In this document: positions 1 to 10,209 of the stretch, in pieces
Layout of the letters: each line of letters begins with the position of its first letter
How positions within the stretch are numbered: position 1 is the first letter of the stretch
DNA from: an uncultured Alphaproteobacteria bacterium
GTDB lineage: Bacteria > Pseudomonadota > Alphaproteobacteria > Rhizobiales > Xanthobacteraceae
Direction of reading: 5' to 3'
Length of the DNA: 64,000 nucleotides
NCBI GenBank assembly: GCA_963770135.1
Contig: CAVYOM010000008.1
Span: 59,720-123,719, forward strand
The notes under the pieces: generated by a model
Database searches by the model: none
What the model was told of the DNA's origin: nothing
The model's input: only the letters and a program-made list of their open reading frames with translations
Position numbers and translations under genes: made by a program

Positions 1-194
1 ACGCCGCCGGTCGGGTGCTGCACCTTCTTGATGTTGGAATCGACCACCACCGACCCCGGCGCGATCAGCGCGCCCGAGATCTGGGCCGTCGAGGCCCAGC
101 CGCCGAACCCGACGGCCAGCACCAGAATCAGCGTGAGGCCGAAGATCAGATGCCCGCGTATCGAGCGGTGCGCGCCTTTCAGCTCGGAGGTCAT
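1..194 (-). CDS. HlyD-family T1SS membrane fusion protein (PrtE/PrsE type), 5' part only; runs off the window edge
   Basis: Manual translation from ATG 194: MTSELKGAHRSIRGHLIFGLTLILVLAVGFGGWASTAQISGALIAPGSVVVDSNIKKVQHPTGG (TM helix + KKVQHPTGG motif). ATGA overlap with the upstream ATPase stop. Confidence 0.9.
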   Translation of the reverse strand, partial: MTSELKGAHRSIRGHLIFGLTLILVLAVGFGGWASTAQISGALIAPGSVVVDSNIKKVQHPTGG

Positions 195-1936
195 GATTTT
201 TTCCCTCCTCCCGCTTCGGACACGATCTTGATCGGTGTCGGCGGCGCGACGCGCTGCAGCACCTGGCCGAGCACGGTTTCCTTCGGACCGAACGCCTGCA
301 TGCGGCCGTCCTTCAGCACCAGCAATTGATCGACCGCCTCGATGCCGATCGGCCGGTGCGCCACCACGACCACGATGGCGCCGCGCTCGCGCGCGCCGCG
401 CACCGCGCGCGTCAGCGCCTCGTCGCCCTCGCTGTCGAGATTGGAATTCGGCTCGTCGAGCACGATCAGGAACGGATTGCCGTAAAGCGCACGCGCCAGC
501 GCCACGCGCTGCGCCTGGCCGGCCGAGAGCGCCGTGCCCTGCTCGCCGATCTGGGTGTCATAGCCCTCGCGCATCTTGATGATCATCTCATGCACGCCGG
601 CTTCCTTGGCGGCGGCGATGATCGCCTCCGACTTCGCTTCGGAATCGAAGCGGGAGATGTTCTGCGCGACGGTGCCGGCGAACAATTCGACATCCTGCGG
701 CAGATAGCCGATATAGCGGCCGAGCACGTCCGACGACCACTGGTCGAGCGCCGCGCCGTCGAGCCGCACCTTGCCGCGGGCCGGCATCCAGACGCCGACC
801 AGCGCGCGCACCAGCGACGACTTGCCGGAGCCGCTCGGACCGATGACGCCGAGTCCGGTACCGGCCTCGACGGTGAAATTGACGTCCTGCACAATGACGC
901 GCTGGTCGCCCGGCGGCACGATGCTGACGGCCTCGACCGACAGCTGCTTCGACGGCGCCTGCAACAGCGTCTGTTCATTCGCCGCCGGTATTTGCTGCAG
1001 GAGCTTGGCCAGGCGATGCCAGCTCTGGCGCGCGGCGACAAAACCCTTCCAGTGGGCGATGGCGAGATCGACCGGCGCTAGCGCTCGCGCGCTGAGGATC
1101 GAGCCCGCGATGATGATGCCGGCGGTGGCTTCCTGGTGGATCACGAGGTAGGCGCCAACCGCGAGCACCGCCGATTGCAGCATCATGCGCAAGACTTTGG
1201 CGATCGCCCCGAGGCCGCCGGCAACGTCGCTGGCGCGCTGATTGCCCGCCAGATAGGTCTCGTTGGCCTCGCTCCAGCGCCGGGTCAGGCGGCCGGACAT
1301 GCCCATCGCAACCAGCACTTCGGCGTTGCGCCGGCTGGTGGCGGCCAGATCATTACGCCGCGCCGCCAGCGTCATCGCCTCCTTTGCTGGCGTGCGCGAC
1401 AGGAACTCGGTGATCAGCGTCAGCGTTACCAAGATGATCGCCCCCACCAGGGCGGTGACGCCGAGCAGCCAGTGAAACGCAAAGCAGATCGCGAGATAGA
1501 ACGGCAGCCACGGCAGATCGAAGAACGCGCCCGGCCCCATGCTGCCGAGAAACGACCTGACATTGTCGAGGTCGCGCAGCGGCTGCAGGCCCTCGTTGCG
1601 GCTGCCAACCAATAGCGGCAACCGCACCACGGTTTCGAACACGCGCATGTTGAGGGCTTCGTCGAGCGCGGTTCCGATGCGGCCGAGAATGCGGCCGCGA
1701 ATCAGGTCGAGGCCGCCCTGGGCGGCGTACAGACCCGCCGCGAGAATCACCAGGCCGACCAGGGTCGGCACGCTGCGGCTCGGCAGCACGCGGTCGTAGA
1801 CCTCCAGCATGAAAATCGAGCCGGTGAGATACAGCAGATTGATCATGCAACTCATGACGCCGACGCCAATAAAGGCGCTGCGACAGGCGCGCAGCGCTTC
1901 ACCGAGCTCGGAACGCCGGACGGGAGCGGCTGCCAT
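191..1936 (-). CDS. Type I secretion system permease/ATPase (PrtD/PrsD/AprD type)
   Basis: MLEVYDRVLPSRS N-terminal TMD, Walker A GPSGSGKS, signature LSAGQAQR, LDEPNSNLD. Confidence 0.95.
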   Translation of the reverse strand: MAAAPVRRSELGEALRACRSAFIGVGVMSCMINLLYLTGSIFMLEVYDRVLPSRSVPTLVGLVILAAGLYAAQGGLDLIRGRILGRIGTALDEALNMRVFETVVRLPLLVGSRNEGLQPLRDLDNVRSFLGSMGPGAFFDLPWLPFYLAICFAFHWLLGVTALVGAIILVTLTLITEFLSRTPAKEAMTLAARRNDLAATSRRNAEVLVAMGMSGRLTRRWSEANETYLAGNQRASDVAGGLGAIAKVLRMMLQSAVLAVGAYLVIHQEATAGIIIAGSILSARALAPVDLAIAHWKGFVAARQSWHRLAKLLQQIPAANEQTLLQAPSKQLSVEAVSIVPPGDQRVIVQDVNFTVEAGTGLGVIGPSGSGKSSLVRALVGVWMPARGKVRLDGAALDQWSSDVLGRYIGYLPQDVELFAGTVAQNISRFDSEAKSEAIIAAAKEAGVHEMIIKMREGYDTQIGEQGTALSAGQAQRVALARALYGNPFLIVLDEPNSNLDSEGDEALTRAVRGARERGAIVVVVAHRPIGIEAVDQLLVLKDGRMQAFGPKETVLGQVLQRVAPPTPIKIVSEAGGGKKS

Positions 1937-2110
1937 TAATGCGCATCTCTTCAAACGGATAAAAAAGGTACGTGCCGGTTTTACCGATGTTTTTGGACAC
2001 CGTCTATTTAAGTCACGTTAACCTCAATCCAGTTCGACCCACGGCGCGGGAGGAGACGGAAGTCGGGTGTTTGGGCGCTAATTTGGAGCTGGTGCCAGCC
2101 CCACGCAGGG

Positions 2111-2893
2111 TTAAGGCTTTGTTCTTTGCGGAAACGGCACGAGAATCACCGACATCGAGACCCGGCCGATCTCGCCGTGGATATCGAGCAGAACGCCGCT
2201 TCCGACGCCCATCCCGCCCGCCGGCCGCCATTCGGCCTGGGCACGAATGCCGATCCATCCGCCTTCCGGCTGGCGGAACAACTGAACCGTCAGATTGGGA
2301 TTCGGATCCGCCACCACATCCTGGAACGGCCGGGCGATGCCGTGGGTCCAGTCCGCCGGTCCCAGCACCGAGGACAGCGGCATTTTCGACGAGGATACTG
2401 CGCCATCGATGATCGCCTGGTTCATGCGAAACCAGGCGACACCATCACCCGCGCGGGCCTCCATGGCCTCCATGAACCAGGGCCGGCCGTGCGCCGCCTG
2501 CCTTGTGCGGACCGGAAACCGGGTTGGATCGGCGGCGGCGTTGGCGGGTTCGGCAAAGCCGGGCACTTCGACCGCGCGTTCGCGCGACAGCGTCACCCGC
2601 ACGGTGGCGCAGGGCTGGTCCTCATCGGCCGGCCACAACGAGTTGTCGATCACACTGACGCGACCACCTTCAGTCACCACAGACAGTCCGGTTCGTAAAA
2701 CCGTCATCGGGGTCGGCCGCAGGAACCAGGCTGACGATGCGATCGCCGTGCCCCATTGCCGTTGGTCCGCCAGCGCCTCGACTTCCGCCGTCAACAGGCT
2801 TGCGACCGCGCCGCCCTGCAGGCCGGCAAAGGGGCCGGCGGCAAGCGGCGTGGGTTGCCAGCGATTGGGTCCGACGGGCTCGAAGATGGCCAA
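2111..2893 (-). CDS. Thioesterase-family (double hot-dog fold) protein
   Basis: AGPF..LQGG, FLRPTP, NxxLTVQLFRQPEGGWIG motifs typical of 4HBT-like thioesterases. Confidence 0.75.
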   Translation of the reverse strand: MAIFEPVGPNRWQPTPLAAGPFAGLQGGAVASLLTAEVEALADQRQWGTAIASSAWFLRPTPMTVLRTGLSVVTEGGRVSVIDNSLWPADEDQPCATVRVTLSRERAVEVPGFAEPANAAADPTRFPVRTRQAAHGRPWFMEAMEARAGDGVAWFRMNQAIIDGAVSSSKMPLSSVLGPADWTHGIARPFQDVVADPNPNLTVQLFRQPEGGWIGIRAQAEWRPAGGMGVGSGVLLDIHGEIGRVSMSVILVPFPQRTKP

Positions 2894-2983
2894 GGTTGCG
2901 ATATCCTGAGATGAGGAATGTTGAACACTGGGCTAATCTGGCCGAAGCTGGCTTATCCAACAAAAGGGATTTTCTCACTTGAG

Positions 2984-3916
2984 ATGAATATAACTCACCC
3001 ATTGGAAGCCCCGACTTCACCGCTGCGCGCGATCCCGCCCTTGACCGCCTTGCTGGCGTTCGAGCGCGCCGCGTCGCAACTGAGCTTTCGCCGCGCGGCG
3101 CGTGACCTTTCGCTCAGCCCGTCGGCGATCAGCCATCAGATTCGCAGGCTGGAGGAACAGTTCGGCGTCAAACTTTTCGTGCGCGGCGCGCGTTCGGTGC
3201 GGCTAACGGCCGATGGCGAGCGTTATTTCGCAAAAGTATCCGCCGCGCTGGCGGCGTTGCAGGACGCCAGCCGCGACATGCTGCGGCATCGGCGCGATGC
3301 CAAAGCCGAACTCTGGATCAGTTCGCTGCCGTTCTTTACCTCCGCCGTGCTGATCCCGGCGTTGCCGGAGTTCAAGCGGCGCAATCCGGCACTGACGCTG
3401 CGCATCGAGGCCACGCATCAATATGCCGACTTCAATGCTTCCCGCGTCGACGTCGCGATCCGCTATGGCCGCGAGCATTCCACGGGGCTGAAATTCGAAC
3501 CGCTGGTCGCGGTGAAGGGTTTGCCGGTTTGCGTGCCCGCGCTGGTCAAGGGCGGATTGAAGACGCCCGAAGACCTGTCGCGCGAGGTGCTGATCCATTT
3601 GACGACGCAGCCGCGCGCATGGCCGGCCTGGCTCCGGGAAGCCGGCCTTTCCCACCTCACGCCGCGCGGGCATCTGTGGCTCGACAGCGTGCCGGCGATG
3701 CTGGAGGCTGCGGAACAGGGGCTTGGCGTCACCTTGGGAATGTCGCCGCTGATCAAGGCGCGGCCGGGTTTTGGCAAAAAGCTGATCGCGCCCTTTTCAT
3801 TCGAGCCCACGCATGGCGAGACGATCTACCTGGTGTCGCGCACCGAACAGGCGCGCGACCGCCGGGTCGCCGCGGTCCGGCGCTGGATCGTGGAGGCGGT
3901 TGGCCGAGCGAAATAG
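2984..3916 (+). CDS. LysR-family regulator (GcvA-like), divergent from the thioesterase
   Basis: PPLTALLAFERAASQLSFRRAARDLSLSPSAISHQIRRLEE HTH; DVAIRYG. Confidence 0.93.
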   Translation: MNITHPLEAPTSPLRAIPPLTALLAFERAASQLSFRRAARDLSLSPSAISHQIRRLEEQFGVKLFVRGARSVRLTADGERYFAKVSAALAALQDASRDMLRHRRDAKAELWISSLPFFTSAVLIPALPEFKRRNPALTLRIEATHQYADFNASRVDVAIRYGREHSTGLKFEPLVAVKGLPVCVPALVKGGLKTPEDLSREVLIHLTTQPRAWPAWLREAGLSHLTPRGHLWLDSVPAMLEAAEQGLGVTLGMSPLIKARPGFGKKLIAPFSFEPTHGETIYLVSRTEQARDRRVAAVRRWIVEAVGRAK

Positions 3917-3918
3917 CG

Positions 3919-4028
3919 CTCTAGAGCGTGATGACGTTTCTTCGAATCGTCCTCACGCTCTATTTCTTTGATTTGAGCATGATCTTTTCGGAAAACCGGT
4001 GCCCACTTTTCCGGATCATGCTCTAGAG
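3919..4028. repeat. Palindromic intergenic repeat made of two stacked hairpins bounded by CTCTAGAG
   Basis: TAGAGCGTGA..TCACGCTCTA and GAGCATGATC..GATCATGCTC inverted repeats seen directly. Confidence 0.7.
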
Positions 4029-4124
4029 CCGCCCACCGGTCCGCACCAGCCGCACGATCAGCAACAGGCCGCGCGCATTGGAAGTCCCCGAGGTTCGCCG
4101 CGCAGGCAACGACGTTCGCGAAGT

Positions 4125-4149
4125 GAAACTTTTTTACGTCGCATGCGTT
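4125..4149 (+). promoter_or_regulatory. Possible sigma-EcfG-type promoter
   Basis: GAAAC-N16-CGTT, one mismatch to GGAAC-N16/17-CGTT, ending 8 nt before ATG 4158. Confidence 0.4.
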
Positions 4150-4157
4150 ATGACGGG

Positions 4158-4397
4158 ATGAAACAAGGCGATATTTGGTATGTGACCTTTGGTCCGGACA
4201 AGGCGGATAAGACAGCGGAGAGCATGGCCCGCTCGACCCGCACTTTCAAATCTGAAATCGACGCCAAGCTGTTTGCGATGCAGATCCTGTCCAAGGGCTG
4301 GACCGCGAGCGCGGGCACACTCAATCCCCATCAGCCGAAGCAGGTCGTGGGACCGGCGCAGATTGAAAGCTGGGCCGATCCGGGGCTTGGTGGGTGA
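4158..4397 (+). CDS. Small hypothetical protein (79 aa)
   Basis: MKQGDIWYVTF...AGTLNPHQPKQVVGP; good codon usage and fills the gap between two repeats. Confidence 0.7.
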   Translation: MKQGDIWYVTFGPDKADKTAESMARSTRTFKSEIDAKLFAMQILSKGWTASAGTLNPHQPKQVVGPAQIESWADPGLGG

Positions 4398-4415
4398 AGG
4401 CTCGGAGGTTGAAGT

Positions 4416-4510
4416 TTCGTCATGGCCGGGCTTGTCCCGGCCATCTACGTCTTTGTTGCCGCAACGCTGTTTGAGACGTGGATGCCCGGGACAAGCCCGG
4501 GCATGACGAA
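4416..4510. repeat. CGTC-type REP-like palindromic element (family A, copy 1)
   Basis: GTCATGGCCGGGCTTGTCCCGGCCATC...GATGCCCGGGACAAGCCCGGGCATGAC; further copies at 10105, 27935 and 37581. Confidence 0.9.
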
Positions 4511-4527
4511 CTAGCTAAAAGACCGTT

Positions 4528-5508
4528 TCAGGCTGTAGTGGCGATGCTTTGCTCCGCCAGCACACAGCGCGCGGTCCGATCCGCCGACACCTGCACATTG
4601 GGCGGCAAGCGCTCGGTGCAGCGCGGCTGCGCAAAACCACAACGCGGCGCGAACGAGCAAGCCGCGGGCGCCTTATCGAGCGACGGGGGCGTGCCCGGGA
4701 TGGTCTCCAGCCGCTGGCCGCGCTTGGCGCCGTGGACAGTCGAGGCCAAAAGCCCCTTGGCGTAGGGGTGAACCGGCGAGCGCACGATGTCGCGCAAGCG
4801 ACCCTGCTCCACGATCTGCCCGGCATACATGACGGCGACACGGTCGCAGATTTCGATGGCGACGCCGATGTCGTGGGTCACGAAAATCACCGACATGCCG
4901 AACTCGCGCTGCAATTCGCGCAGCAGCAGCAGGATCTGGATCTGCACGGTGGCGTCCAGCGCCGTCGTGGGTTCGTCGGCCAGCAGGATTTTTGGCTTGC
5001 AGGCCAGCGCCAGCGCGATCATGGCGCGCTGCCGCATGCCGCCACTCATTTCGTGCGGGTAGGCTTCGAGACGGCGCTTGGCGGAGGGAATCCGCACCAC
5101 CTCCAGCATCTCGAGCGCGCGCGCCGTCGCCTCCTTCTGGCTCTTGCCTTCGTGGCGCATCACGCTTTCCGCGATCTGATGGCCGATGGTGTAGACCGGA
5201 TCAAGCGCCAGCGCCGGCTCCTGGAAAATCATGGAGACGGTCTGCCCGCGAAACGCCGAAAGCTCCTCCTCGTTCATCGCCAGAACGTCGCGGCCCAGAA
5301 CCTTCACGGTGCCCGCAATCTGCGTCCGCTTCCGCGGCAACAGCCGCATCAGCGCCCGCAGGGTCACGCTCTTGCCGGAGCCGGATTCGCCGAGCAGGCC
5401 GAGCACCTCGCCCTCGCCGAGCGAGAGCGAGATGTCGTTGACGGCGTGCACCGTGCGCTCGCCGGTGAAGCGAATGTTGAGGTCGCGGATTTCGACGAGG
5501 TTGCTCAT
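4528..5508 (-). CDS. Dipeptide/oligopeptide ABC transporter ATP-binding protein (DppD-like)
   Basis: GESGSGKS, MSGGMRQR, DEPTTALD, C-terminal HPY...C.FAPRC. Confidence 0.95.
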   Translation of the reverse strand: MSNLVEIRDLNIRFTGERTVHAVNDISLSLGEGEVLGLLGESGSGKSVTLRALMRLLPRKRTQIAGTVKVLGRDVLAMNEEELSAFRGQTVSMIFQEPALALDPVYTIGHQIAESVMRHEGKSQKEATARALEMLEVVRIPSAKRRLEAYPHEMSGGMRQRAMIALALACKPKILLADEPTTALDATVQIQILLLLRELQREFGMSVIFVTHDIGVAIEICDRVAVMYAGQIVEQGRLRDIVRSPVHPYAKGLLASTVHGAKRGQRLETIPGTPPSLDKAPAACSFAPRCGFAQPRCTERLPPNVQVSADRTARCVLAEQSIATTA

Positions 5509-6917
5509 GCGGCTTTGGGCACCTGCTGGTGATAGTCGGTAGCACGCTGGAACGCCGCGCCGATCCGCACCAGCCCCGCTTCGTCAAAGGCGCGGCCGAT
5601 CAGTTGCATGCCGACCGGCAGGCCGGCTTTGGTGAAACCTGTGGGAATCGAGAGCGACGGCAGGCCGAGATAGTTGATCGGGCGGGTGAACTTCGTGATC
5701 CGCTGGATCACGGCCTCCGCATCAAGGCTGTTGCCGACATCGCTCTCGGTAATGGTCGCCGCCGGTATCGGCGCCACTGGTGCGATGACGGCATCGGTGC
5801 CGGTGACGGCCGCGAGGTACGCCGCCAGTGCCGGACCGCGCCAGCGCATCGCTTCGAGATAGGTCACGCCGGGAATCGCAAGCCCGTTCTGCAGCCGCAT
5901 CAATACCTGCGCGCCGTAATCCTGCGGCCGCTCGATCATCCAGCGCTTGTGGAAGGCGGCGGCCTCGGTGGCGAGCACGATCTGGCAGGCGGCGGTGAGC
6001 TGGCGCTGGTCCGGCAGTTCGACCTTGACGATCTCGGCGCCCTCTTTCTTAAGCGTGGCGATGGTTTCGTCCAGCACCCGCGCGACCTCGGAATCGAGAT
6101 CATCGACATAGAAGGCGGTCGGCACGCCGATCTTGAGGCCTTTGAGCGAGCCCGTGGTCGCGGCCATGTAGTTCGGCACCGGCTGTGACGAGGTGGTCGG
6201 GTCCTCCGGATCGGCGCCCGCCATCAGACCGACCAGCAAGGCGCAGTCTTCAACCGTTTGCGCGAGCGGACCGACCGTATCGAGCGACTGCGACAACGGC
6301 ATCGCACCGGCGCGGCTGATCAGGCCGACGGTGGTCTTGAAGCCGGTGACACCGCAGAAATGCGCGGGCATCCGGATCGAGCCGCCGGTATCGGAGCCGA
6401 GCGCCGCAAAGGTCAGCCGGGCCGCGACCGCCGAGCCCGAGCCGGACGACGAGCCGCCGGTAATGTGATCGACGTTCCAAGGGTTACGCACCGCACCGTA
6501 GTGCGGATTATGGCCGGTCGGTCCGTAGGCGAACTCCACCATCTGCAGCGAACCAAGCCTGACCGTGCCGGCGTCCTTCAGCCGTTGCAATGCGGTCGAG
6601 GTGGTCGTCGGTACGAAATCGCGGCGTATTTTCGAGCCGCAGGTCACGACCTTGCCGGCGTCGTAATACATGTCCTTGTGCGCCAGCGGCACGCCGTGCA
6701 GCGGGCCAAGATTGTTGCCCTTGGCGAGCGCCGCATCGGCCGCGTCCGCGGCGGCGAGCGCCTCCTCCGCTTCGATCGCCATGAAGGCGTTGACGCGCGG
6801 CTGCCATTGCGCGATCCGGTCGAGACAGGATTGCGTCACTTCGCGCGAGGAGAATTTCTTGCCCGCGATCGCTTTCGCGACCGCGACCAGCGACATCAGG
6901 GCCGGTTCGTCGCTCAT
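5505..6917 (-). CDS. Amidase-signature enzyme (GatA/AtzE-like)
   Basis: GPLHGVPLAHKD, GGSSSGS, GSDTGGSIRMPA (Lys/Ser-cisSer triad). Confidence 0.93.
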   Translation of the reverse strand: MSDEPALMSLVAVAKAIAGKKFSSREVTQSCLDRIAQWQPRVNAFMAIEAEEALAAADAADAALAKGNNLGPLHGVPLAHKDMYYDAGKVVTCGSKIRRDFVPTTTSTALQRLKDAGTVRLGSLQMVEFAYGPTGHNPHYGAVRNPWNVDHITGGSSSGSGSAVAARLTFAALGSDTGGSIRMPAHFCGVTGFKTTVGLISRAGAMPLSQSLDTVGPLAQTVEDCALLVGLMAGADPEDPTTSSQPVPNYMAATTGSLKGLKIGVPTAFYVDDLDSEVARVLDETIATLKKEGAEIVKVELPDQRQLTAACQIVLATEAAAFHKRWMIERPQDYGAQVLMRLQNGLAIPGVTYLEAMRWRGPALAAYLAAVTGTDAVIAPVAPIPAATITESDVGNSLDAEAVIQRITKFTRPINYLGLPSLSIPTGFTKAGLPVGMQLIGRAFDEAGLVRIGAAFQRATDYHQQVPKAA

Positions 6918-7111
6918 TTCGACACCTTCGCGCGCTGTACCAGGAGATAGCTCGCAGGCTCGAGGTCCATCGGCAGCGTACCGCTAACCGGCGCAAAGCC
7001 ATCGAACGCCGGGCCGATGGAGTTGGCGATGCGGGCGGAAACTTCTGCATCCTGCGGCACGCCGGCGATTTCGGTCATTGCCTTGACCTGTTTTGAATCG
7101 GGTCTTGTCAT
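6914..7111 (-). CDS. 65-aa protein, possible AtzG/GatC-like amidase small subunit
   Basis: MTRPDSKQVK...LPMDLEPASYLLVQRAKVSK; ATGA overlaps on both sides (translational coupling). Confidence 0.7.
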   Translation of the reverse strand: MTRPDSKQVKAMTEIAGVPQDAEVSARIANSIGPAFDGFAPVSGTLPMDLEPASYLLVQRAKVSK

Positions 7112-8187
7112 ACAGCACTTGCTCCCTTGTCGTTCGGTTCGGCCGGTGCGCGGCTGTGCCCGGATCCGGCAATGGCCATGTAGCACGCCGCCTGATGGCC
7201 CATTGTATCGACATCGCTGAGTTTTGGCGTCGCATTTGCGCAGAGCGGCTCCGCGAACGGACAGCGGGTGTGAAACCGGCAACCGGGCGGCGGGTCGATC
7301 GGATTGGGCGGATCGCCCGAGATCGGCGGCGTCTCGGTGCGGTTATCGGGATCGGACGACGGCATCGCGGCCAGCAGCGCCCGTGTATAGGGATGCGCCG
7401 GTGCGTCCCAGACCTTGTCGACGGGGCCGAGTTCGACCACCTCGCCGAGATACATCACCAGCACGCGGTCCGAGATGTAACGCACCACGTTGAGGTCGTG
7501 GCTGATGAACAAATATGTGAGGCCGAATTCGCGCTTGAGATCGGCGAGCAGATTGAGCACCTGGGCCTCGACCGATTTGTCGAGCGCCGAGACCGCTTCG
7601 TCGAGGATGACAAGCCGCGGCGACAGCGCCAGGGCACGCGCGATGTTGACGCGCTGGCGCTGGCCGCCGGAAATCTCGTGCGGATAGCGGTTGGCAAAGG
7701 TTTCCGGCCGCAAGCCGACCTTGCCGAGCAGTTCGCGCGCCAGCGCACGCGCGGTACCGTCAGCCATGCCATGGACCTTGGGACCGAATGCGATCGATTC
7801 CTCGATCGTCAAGCGCGGATTGAGCGAGGCGTAGCTGTCCTGAAACACCATCTGCATGCCGCGGCGCAGTTCACGCAGCGACAGCGCGCGACCGACCTGC
7901 ATGCCGTCATAGATGATGTCGCCGGCGTCGCGCTTCATCAGGTGCATCAACAGCCGCGCGGTGGTCGACTTGCCGCAGCCGGACTCGCCGACGATCCCGA
8001 CGGTTTCGCCCTTGGCGATGGAGAAGGACACATCATCGACCGCGCGCACGGTTTTCCGGGCGCTGAACAGATCGCCGCGCACCGGGAAATGCTTGGTCAG
8101 GCCGGTGACCTGCAGCAGCGGCTGCGCCGCGCCGCCGACGTCTTCGATCGGTTGCAGCAGTTCGACTGACGGGCTCGTCTCACTCAT
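7108..8187 (-). CDS. Dipeptide/oligopeptide ABC transporter ATP-binding protein (DppF-like)
   Basis: GESGCGKS, ISGGQRQR, HPYT..., GCRFHTRCP. Confidence 0.95.
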   Translation of the reverse strand: MSETSPSVELLQPIEDVGGAAQPLLQVTGLTKHFPVRGDLFSARKTVRAVDDVSFSIAKGETVGIVGESGCGKSTTARLLMHLMKRDAGDIIYDGMQVGRALSLRELRRGMQMVFQDSYASLNPRLTIEESIAFGPKVHGMADGTARALARELLGKVGLRPETFANRYPHEISGGQRQRVNIARALALSPRLVILDEAVSALDKSVEAQVLNLLADLKREFGLTYLFISHDLNVVRYISDRVLVMYLGEVVELGPVDKVWDAPAHPYTRALLAAMPSSDPDNRTETPPISGDPPNPIDPPPGCRFHTRCPFAEPLCANATPKLSDVDTMGHQAACYMAIAGSGHSRAPAEPNDKGASAV

Positions 8188-8191
8188 CGCG

Positions 8192-9079
8192 TCAGTTCCT
8201 GATGTCCATGGCGCTGCGCATGCCGTCGCTGAGCAGGTTGAAGCAGATCGAGACCGCAAAGATCATGACGCCTGGCAACGCCGCGACCCACGGGTTGACA
8301 TAGATCGCGGTGCGCAGCGTGTTCAGCATCAAGCCCCACTCGGGCTCCGGCGGTTTTGTGCCAAGGCCGAGGAACGACAGGCCGGCGGCAAGGATCATCG
8401 ATACCGAGATCAACCCGGTGGCGTAGACGAAGATCGGGCCAAGCACATTGCCCAGCATATGCACACGCATGATGGTGAAGGGCCCTGCGCCGGAAGCACG
8501 CGCGGCCTCGACGAAATCCATGTTGCGCACACCGGTGGTGACGCTTTCCGCCACACGCGTAATCTGCGGCACGAACACGATGGTCAGCGACACGATCGAG
8601 TTGACGATGCCCGCCCCCAGCGCGCCGGAGATCGCAATCGCCAGCAGCACCGACGGAAAGGCGTAGAACACGTCGATGGTGCGCATGATCGCCGTGTTGA
8701 GCTTGCCGCCGACATAGCCGGCGACGAGCCCGAGCGAGGTGCCGATCATGAAGGCGAGGATCACAGGCAGAATGCCGATGATCAGCGACAGCCTGCCGCC
8801 ATAGATCAGCCGCGCCAGCATGTCGCGGCCGAGTTCGTCGGTGCCGAGCGGATAGTTCGGCGTGCCGATGTGGCGAAGCCTGCGGATCATCGAGCCCTGA
8901 TAGGGATCGGCGAGCCCCAGCCACGGCGCGAACAGCGCGGAAAGGAAGATCAGCGCCAGGACGAAGGCGCACGCCATGGCGACCTTGTCGCGCGCGATGC
9001 GGCGGCCGACGGTCGCCCAATAGCCACGCGCCTTGGTGGCGGGCGCGGCTTGCAGGGCAGTATCCGACATCACGGTCAT
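8192..9079 (-). CDS. Peptide ABC transporter permease (DppC-like)
   Basis: PLGTDELGRD, FVEAARASGA (EAA loop), PEWGLML. Confidence 0.95.
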   Translation of the reverse strand: MTVMSDTALQAAPATKARGYWATVGRRIARDKVAMACAFVLALIFLSALFAPWLGLADPYQGSMIRRLRHIGTPNYPLGTDELGRDMLARLIYGGRLSLIIGILPVILAFMIGTSLGLVAGYVGGKLNTAIMRTIDVFYAFPSVLLAIAISGALGAGIVNSIVSLTIVFVPQITRVAESVTTGVRNMDFVEAARASGAGPFTIMRVHMLGNVLGPIFVYATGLISVSMILAAGLSFLGLGTKPPEPEWGLMLNTLRTAIYVNPWVAALPGVMIFAVSICFNLLSDGMRSAMDIRN

Positions 9080-9082
9080 GAA

Positions 9083-10036
9083 TCAGCCCCGCTTGATGCG
9101 CGGATCGATAGAAGCTTGCGCGATATCGACCAGGAGGTTGAGACCTACGAAGAACAGTGCCAGCACCAAAATCGTGCCCTGCAATAGCGGCAGGTCGCGC
9201 TGGAAGATCGCGGAATTGAGCAAGAGTCCCGATCCGGGCCACGAGAACACGGTCTCGATCAGGATCGAGCCGCCGAGCATATAGCCGAGTTGCAGACCCA
9301 TCACGGCCAGCGCGGTTGGCGCGGCGTTCTTGATGACGTGCTTGAACACGTCGAGCTCACGCAGGCCTTTTGCGCGCAACGCCTCGACGAAATCCTGCGA
9401 AAGAATGTCGCCGGTGAGCGCCCGCACCGTGCGGGTGACGATGCCCATGGGAATCACCGAGGTCGTGATCGCCGGCAGGATGAGATATTTCAGGTGCTCC
9501 CAGTCCCAGCCCCATGAACCGGAGCCGCCGGGACCGGCGCCGACCGCGGGCAGCCAGTTGAGCTGCACCGAGAAGATGATGACCAGCACCATACCGAGCC
9601 AGTAATGCGGCACCGAGACGCCGGCGATCGCGATCGAGGTCGCGACCTTGTCGATCCAGGTGTCGCGGAAATAGCCGGCGATCAGGCCGAACAACAGCCC
9701 GAGCGTGAAGCCGATCAGGGCCGCGGCAATCGCGAGCGTGACGGTATTGCTGACCGCGCGCAGCACTTCCGACAGCACCGGACGGCCGGTGGCGATGGAA
9801 TTGCCGAGATCGCCATGGAGCGCGCGCCATAGCCAGAGCCCGAACTGGACCGGCAGCGGCCGGTCGAAGCCATAGGCGGTGCGCAGTTGCGCCGCCAGCT
9901 CCTGCGACGCATCCGCCGGCAGCACGGCGACGAGCGGGTCGCCGGGCGTGATGTGCACCAGCAGGAAGCACACCAGCGCCACGCTGAGCACGATCGGGAT
10001 GACATAGACGATACGTCGGGCGATGTAAGCGAACAC
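9083..10036 (-). CDS. Peptide ABC transporter permease (DppB-like)
   Basis: PGDP, GDLGNS, RAKGL, IETVFSWPG..RDLPLLQG. Confidence 0.95.
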   Translation of the reverse strand: MFAYIARRIVYVIPIVLSVALVCFLLVHITPGDPLVAVLPADASQELAAQLRTAYGFDRPLPVQFGLWLWRALHGDLGNSIATGRPVLSEVLRAVSNTVTLAIAAALIGFTLGLLFGLIAGYFRDTWIDKVATSIAIAGVSVPHYWLGMVLVIIFSVQLNWLPAVGAGPGGSGSWGWDWEHLKYLILPAITTSVIPMGIVTRTVRALTGDILSQDFVEALRAKGLRELDVFKHVIKNAAPTALAVMGLQLGYMLGGSILIETVFSWPGSGLLLNSAIFQRDLPLLQGTILVLALFFVGLNLLVDIAQASIDPRIKRG

Positions 10037-10104
10037 GAGTCACTTTTTCTTCTTCCCTTCTCCCCCTGTGGGAGAAGGTGGCTTCGCAGAAGCAACCTCT
10101 ATGC

Positions 10105-10194
10105 CGTCATGGCCGGGCTTGACCCGGCCATCCACGTCTTCGTCACGAGCAGAGAAGTAAGACGTGGATGCCCGGGTCAAGCCCGGGCATGACG
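10105..10194. repeat. CGTC-type REP-like element (family A, copy 2), preceded by a short hairpin CCTTCTCCC-CCTGT-GGGAGAAGG (~10056-10078)
   Basis: Near-identical to 4416-4510. Confidence 0.9.
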
Positions 10195-10209
10195 AAGATA
10201 GAGCAAGCC